DNA of 64,000 bases, from positions 6,114-70,113 of the forward strand of contig JBIIDK010000001.1 of the NCBI GenBank assembly GCA_044238405.1, read 5' to 3'. Position 1 is the stretch's first letter. The number at the start of each line of letters is the position of its first letter. Below, in pieces: positions 63,141 to 64,000 of this stretch. The notes beneath the pieces are model-generated. The model searched no databases. It was given only the letters and a program-made list of their open reading frames with translations, and was not told where the DNA came from. Source of the stretch: Planktothrix sp. Its GTDB lineage: Bacteria; Cyanobacteriota; Cyanobacteriia; Cyanobacteriales; Microcoleaceae. The translations under genes were made by a program, and so were the position numbers.

Positions 63141-63286
63141 GGTGATACCCTAATTTCATCATATCCAATCCCAGATTAAGAATGTTGAAAGTCTATCTCC
63201 CTCGTTTTTTTTGTGAGGAGTTCGCTACTCCTTCGATATTATTCTCTAACACAACAGGGAAAATTGAAATCGTCTCTTAACGTATT

Positions 63287-63520
63287 TTAACTGATTGTCA
63301 CTATTTGTTGTAAATCTGTTAAGGTTTGTTGTGCGGCTTGTTCATCGACAATACTCAGCGCAAAACCCACATGAACAATGACATAATCACCGACTTGAGC
63401 CTCTGGAACATAAGCTAGGTTGACTTCCTTGACGAGTCCGCCAAAGCTAACTTTCCCCATTTTTTGTAAGGGATCATTGCCAGAAATACTGAGCAATTGA
63501 CCGGGAATCGCTAAACACAT
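63287..63520 (-). CDS. hypC: Hydrogenase maturation chaperone HypC
   Basis: MCLAIPG, GDYVIVHVGFA. Confidence 0.97.
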   Translation of the reverse strand: MCLAIPGQLLSISGNDPLQKMGKVSFGGLVKEVNLAYVPEAQVGDYVIVHVGFALSIVDEQAAQQTLTDLQQIVTIS

Positions 63521-63922
63521 TGCTTTACCTATATTATTGTTACATTTCTTGAAGGACAGAGGAGCGGTTGTGAGGAAATCACCACCTTTTCTGAGGGGCT
63601 GATTTTCCTTCTGTTTGGTGTCCGCCCCATCTCATGGTTTCATTATTAACTCAGACTGATTAATTCTTTTTTTTATTTTAAGACTTTTTTCCAGAAGTAG
63701 GAAGTAGACTTACAATTTAGAATAGAAGTTGGAGTCAAATCCAGAATCATCGAGATAAACAACACAAGAGTTGTATAACCAACTCTTAACAAAGTCTACA
63801 ATCCCTAAGTCCACAACTGTTATTTAATTTGTGATCATTTTGCTGAACTGAACAGAACTTTTTGAAACGGATCTGCCATTAAAAATCAGCAACAATCCCC
63901 ATCATTAGTAGAGAACTGAACT

Positions 63923-64000
63923 ATGCAATCTTCTACGGTAACTGCTGCAAAAGCCGATAAGCCCAAGGCTGAAACTGCTAAAGGGGGCGATAAACGATTT
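63923..64000 (+). CDS. hoxE: Bidirectional hydrogenase diaphorase subunit HoxE, N-terminus (3'-truncated by window)
   Basis: MQSSTVTAAKADKPKAETAKGGDKRF ends in the GDKRF motif of cyanobacterial HoxE; hyp/PFOR context; only 26 codons visible. Confidence 0.65.
   Translation, partial: MQSSTVTAAKADKPKAETAKGGDKRF

Noticed and set aside
63200-63240. Yfr1-like ACTCCTCACA motif on the minus strand
   Set aside because: Only 10/11 match, part of a short hairpin in the hypC-pflA gap, and lacks the Yfr1 two-stem/terminator layout

Overview
64 kb of a filamentous cyanobacterial chromosome. The Oscillatoriales/Planktothrix-like assignment is an inference from frequent HIP1 GCGATCGC sites, heptamer STRR repeats and gene content. 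The backbone is housekeeping: SDR-folE, pgm, rdgB, glnB, ilvB, chlL-DUF5331-chlN, thiO, pgl-FHA genes, lptA/B/FG, a P-type ATPase, a CNT and an SLC13 transporter, and glmS. A fermentation/hydrogenase block (hypC-pflA-pflB-nifJ-DHOD-like-hypD) runs divergently from the start of hoxE at the window end. Main accessory signals: (1) a Menshen-like DUF262/ATPase/effector cassette bracketed by two ~89%-identical toxin-less hicB-like genes; (2) a complete non-autonomous IscB/omegaRNA element inserted exactly between the native RBS and the ATG of pgl, with its own end supplying a replacement purine-rich RBS; (3) an AT-rich islet containing a MITE-split cold-shock-domain gene, a NYN protein, an HTH protein with 10-bp operator-like repeats, and a near-consensus sigma70 promoter driving a predicted ~140-nt structured RNA convergent on a putative BECR-fold RNase gene; (4) a polyprenyl-phosphoribosyltransferase cluster carrying a GMC oxidase and two extended SDRs rather than DprE1/E2; (5) a REP palindrome embedded in-frame in PFOR. 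No tRNA, rRNA or CRISPR array was seen. All family assignments come from motif recognition, not database searches.
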